Origin: Promethearchaeota archaeon | GTDB taxonomy: Archaea; Asgardarchaeota; Lokiarchaeia; Sigyniarchaeales; SOKP01 | Assembly (NCBI GenBank): GCA_016839555.1 | Contig: JAEOUA010000006.1 | Coordinates: 539,912 to 603,911, forward strand | DNA length: 64,000 nt | Direction of reading: 5' to 3' | In this document: positions 61,103 to 64,000 of the stretch, one piece after another | How positions within the stretch are numbered: the stretch's first letter is position 1 | Layout of the letters: each line of letters begins with the position of its first letter | The notes under the pieces: model-generated | What the model was told of the DNA's origin: nothing | Database searches by the model: none | What the model saw: the letters and a program-made list of their open reading frames with translations, nothing else | Position numbers and translations under genes: made by a program

Positions 61103-61996
61103 TTAACCCCAAAAAGATTGTATTTTATCACCAATAAAGCTTAATTTATTGTTTTCAATTAAATCTGAAAAATTTTCGCCCCATTCTTTCTTAATAAATG
61201 AAAGTATCCTTTCAATAGGGACCTCTTTATAATCAATGGTTTCTAATAAGGTTTTGCTCCCTATTTTTGAATCAACTTGCATAGTATTTAATAGATTCAA
61301 TTTTGATAAAATAAAAAAAGCTCTTTTAGATCCCGAATAAAAATTTTGAATTTCTTTTTTAAAAATATTCTTTTTTATTTCTTTTTTTTCAATTTCAAAA
61401 TCCAATAATGATTCTATTAGATCTTTATTTATTTCATTTTTATTAATTTTTTCATACAATACTCTTTTCATCTTATTTATTGAATTTTCTGTATGCTCTG
61501 AAATTTTTATAAGAATTTCTCCTTCTAAATTGAGATTAATTAATTTATCATCAAATCCAATTGCTTTTATACTGATAGTATTTTCCTTTAGAAATATTTC
61601 GAGAAATTTATTTAATTTTTTTTTTATACTTTTCTCAATTGAATTTATATTATTTTCTGGTGGGATTATGATACCAATAACCATCGAAATAAAATTATCG
61701 AATTGTTCTATTGCTTTTATTCCCGTATTTGCGGGGCACCGAATTTGGATTCTCACTGAATTATAATCATTAGATTCATTTTGGATCATACTTTCTAACT
61801 CACTTTTTGAAACAAAATCAGTATAGTAAATAAATTCCTTTCTGAAATTTATTAAATTTAGTAATTCAATAATGAAATCATCAATTACTTCAGAAGATTG
61901 TCCAAATACTATAATTGGAATTCTGTCTAATAAACAATAAAGAAGAAAACATTGCTCTTTTTTTTTTAACTGTTTAAATGATTTAAAAATATTCAT
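61103..61996 (-). CDS. hypothetical protein, possible DENN-like domain
   Basis: LLDRIPIIVFG.....D.FI.ELL.L ... MVIGI pattern; lies between the roadblock and GTPase genes. Confidence 0.55.
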   Translation of the reverse strand: MNIFKSFKQLKKKEQCFLLYCLLDRIPIIVFGQSSEVIDDFIIELLNLINFRKEFIYYTDFVSKSELESMIQNESNDYNSVRIQIRCPANTGIKAIEQFDNFISMVIGIIIPPENNINSIEKSIKKKLNKFLEIFLKENTISIKAIGFDDKLINLNLEGEILIKISEHTENSINKMKRVLYEKINKNEINKDLIESLLDFEIEKKEIKKNIFKKEIQNFYSGSKRAFFILSKLNLLNTMQVDSKIGSKTLLETIDYKEVPIERILSFIKKEWGENFSDLIENNKLSFIGDKIQSFWG

Positions 61997-62011
61997 CTTA
62001 TATGATTTAAT

Positions 62012-63013
62012 TTATTTGATTAACATTTCTCCTAATAAATTCTTAATATCAAAAGAACTGGGTTTTTCTTCTTTCTCAGTTCTTTTTAATACCTCAGATA
62101 TTTTTCTCAAAAATGGTGGTAAATAAAGTCTTATTAAACCCAATTTTTGTTTATTTTTTCCAATTTCAGAACAAAATATACCATCTTTGATTCTATTTAT
62201 AAACTGAAAAGAATGATTACATTCTAATAAAATATCTTCTGCATTCATTTTTTTTAATAACCATGCACATCTATTTGCTACATGAAAAAGCGAATAACTC
62301 ATTGCAGAGATATTATCAATTGTTCTATCTGATAATTTTAAATTCTTTAAGATTTTTGATAATATGAAACCTCCTTCTACAGATAAAAAAGCATAATTAA
62401 GATCTAAAACGGTTAATGAAAAATTATTTAATATTTTATTTAGTTCCCAAGATAATTCTTCAGAAATATTAAATAGAAGTGAGGAAAAATTATAATTTTC
62501 TTCATCAGACTCTTTTATTTTAAATCTATTTAAGATCTCTTGCAATTTTATTTCATCATATTCAATTAGAGGAGGTTTGAATGTTTGCCTTGAACTTAAT
62601 AGAGTTGTTTTAATAGTTTTTAAACAATTATTAGTTTGCAAAAAAATACCTCCTAAATTCACATTTGGTTGGGCAGTTATTCCAATAAAAAATTCATTCA
62701 TATTCTTGAGAATGTCTTGCTGCTCCAAAATTTTATTTAGCGATTCATGAACGGGATTATTCAAAGGAGCGATAAGAATCTTTGCTTTCTTACCCTCGAT
62801 AAGAATGTATTTTAAATTTTTTGGATGTAATTTTATACCTACATTATAAATAGCACTTGCTGCGGAACTTACATTAAATATTTCGTCCTTACTAAGCCAT
62901 ACTCCAGAGGATTGAATTGGATTACCGTCTCTCTGTGTTAAAACAACATTTTCCACTCCTTTCAAATTTTTTATTTGATCTAAATATATTTTAATTTTAT
63001 CTTTAAGATCCAT
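62012..63013 (-). CDS. tandem roadblock/LC7 (MglB-like) protein
   Basis: two units: VVLTQRDGNPI..SSAASAI..ILIEG and AFLSVEGGFI..SAMS.SL..ILLE..KLGLIR. Confidence 0.85.
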   Translation of the reverse strand: MDLKDKIKIYLDQIKNLKGVENVVLTQRDGNPIQSSGVWLSKDEIFNVSSAASAIYNVGIKLHPKNLKYILIEGKKAKILIAPLNNPVHESLNKILEQQDILKNMNEFFIGITAQPNVNLGGIFLQTNNCLKTIKTTLLSSRQTFKPPLIEYDEIKLQEILNRFKIKESDEENYNFSSLLFNISEELSWELNKILNNFSLTVLDLNYAFLSVEGGFILSKILKNLKLSDRTIDNISAMSYSLFHVANRCAWLLKKMNAEDILLECNHSFQFINRIKDGIFCSEIGKNKQKLGLIRLYLPPFLRKISEVLKRTEKEEKPSSFDIKNLLGEMLIK

Positions 63014-63321
63014 TTTAAGTTGTAGTATTTTTAAGTAATATTGTATGTTTATTTTGCAAAAAATCTTTTTAAACTCCTCCTATTTTAATTTTAAAGATTG
63101 TTTATCTAAAAAATAAGAAAAATTTATAACAAAGCATTACTTTATAATTATTGCAATTATTCGCATTTTTACCGGTGTAAGCTTTGATTACGGTTAAAAT
63201 TCCGTTAAATGAAAAGTCCATTCAAAGATGCGAAATAAAAAATGTGGTTATAACTTTTAAAAGTTTTAACTGAAAAAAACTTATAATTTCCCCTTTAAGA
63301 AATTGCGAATACTTCAATATT

Positions 63322-64000
<679 letters not shown>

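Overview
Very AT-rich archaeal chromosomal segment, most consistent with an Asgard archaeon (Lokiarchaeia/Promethearchaeota-like). This rests on the archaeal 16S rRNA start at 63323, archaeal informational genes (rpl15e, rpl3/4/23, rps17e, Rpp30/Pop5, ABCE1, class I LysRS, ArcTGT, Trm5, two TFBs, Cdc6/Orc1) and several eukaryotic-signature-type proteins (roadblock/LC7 proteins, two small GTPases, V4R, an EMC6/RAB5IF-like and a possibly DENN-like protein). Three tRNAs are present: Arg-TCT, Ile-GAT, and Glu-CTC with a 28-nt D-loop intron. No CRISPR array, transposase or integrase was seen. The most notable signal is an unannotated 20-codon Trp-rich leader ORF (MAINKISFWNAQWPWRWQNR, 18070-18132, minus strand) with alternative RNA pairings and a U9 tract upstream of trpB2, a candidate ribosome-dependent tryptophan attenuator in an archaeon. 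Other highlights: a dispersed Tad/Flp-like pilus system whose ATPase is frameshifted in an A13 tract, a roadblock-roadblock/DENN-like/MglA-like GTPase operon, and a missed Zn-ribbon gene with an ATT or ATA start. All family calls come from motif recognition by eye; no searches were run.
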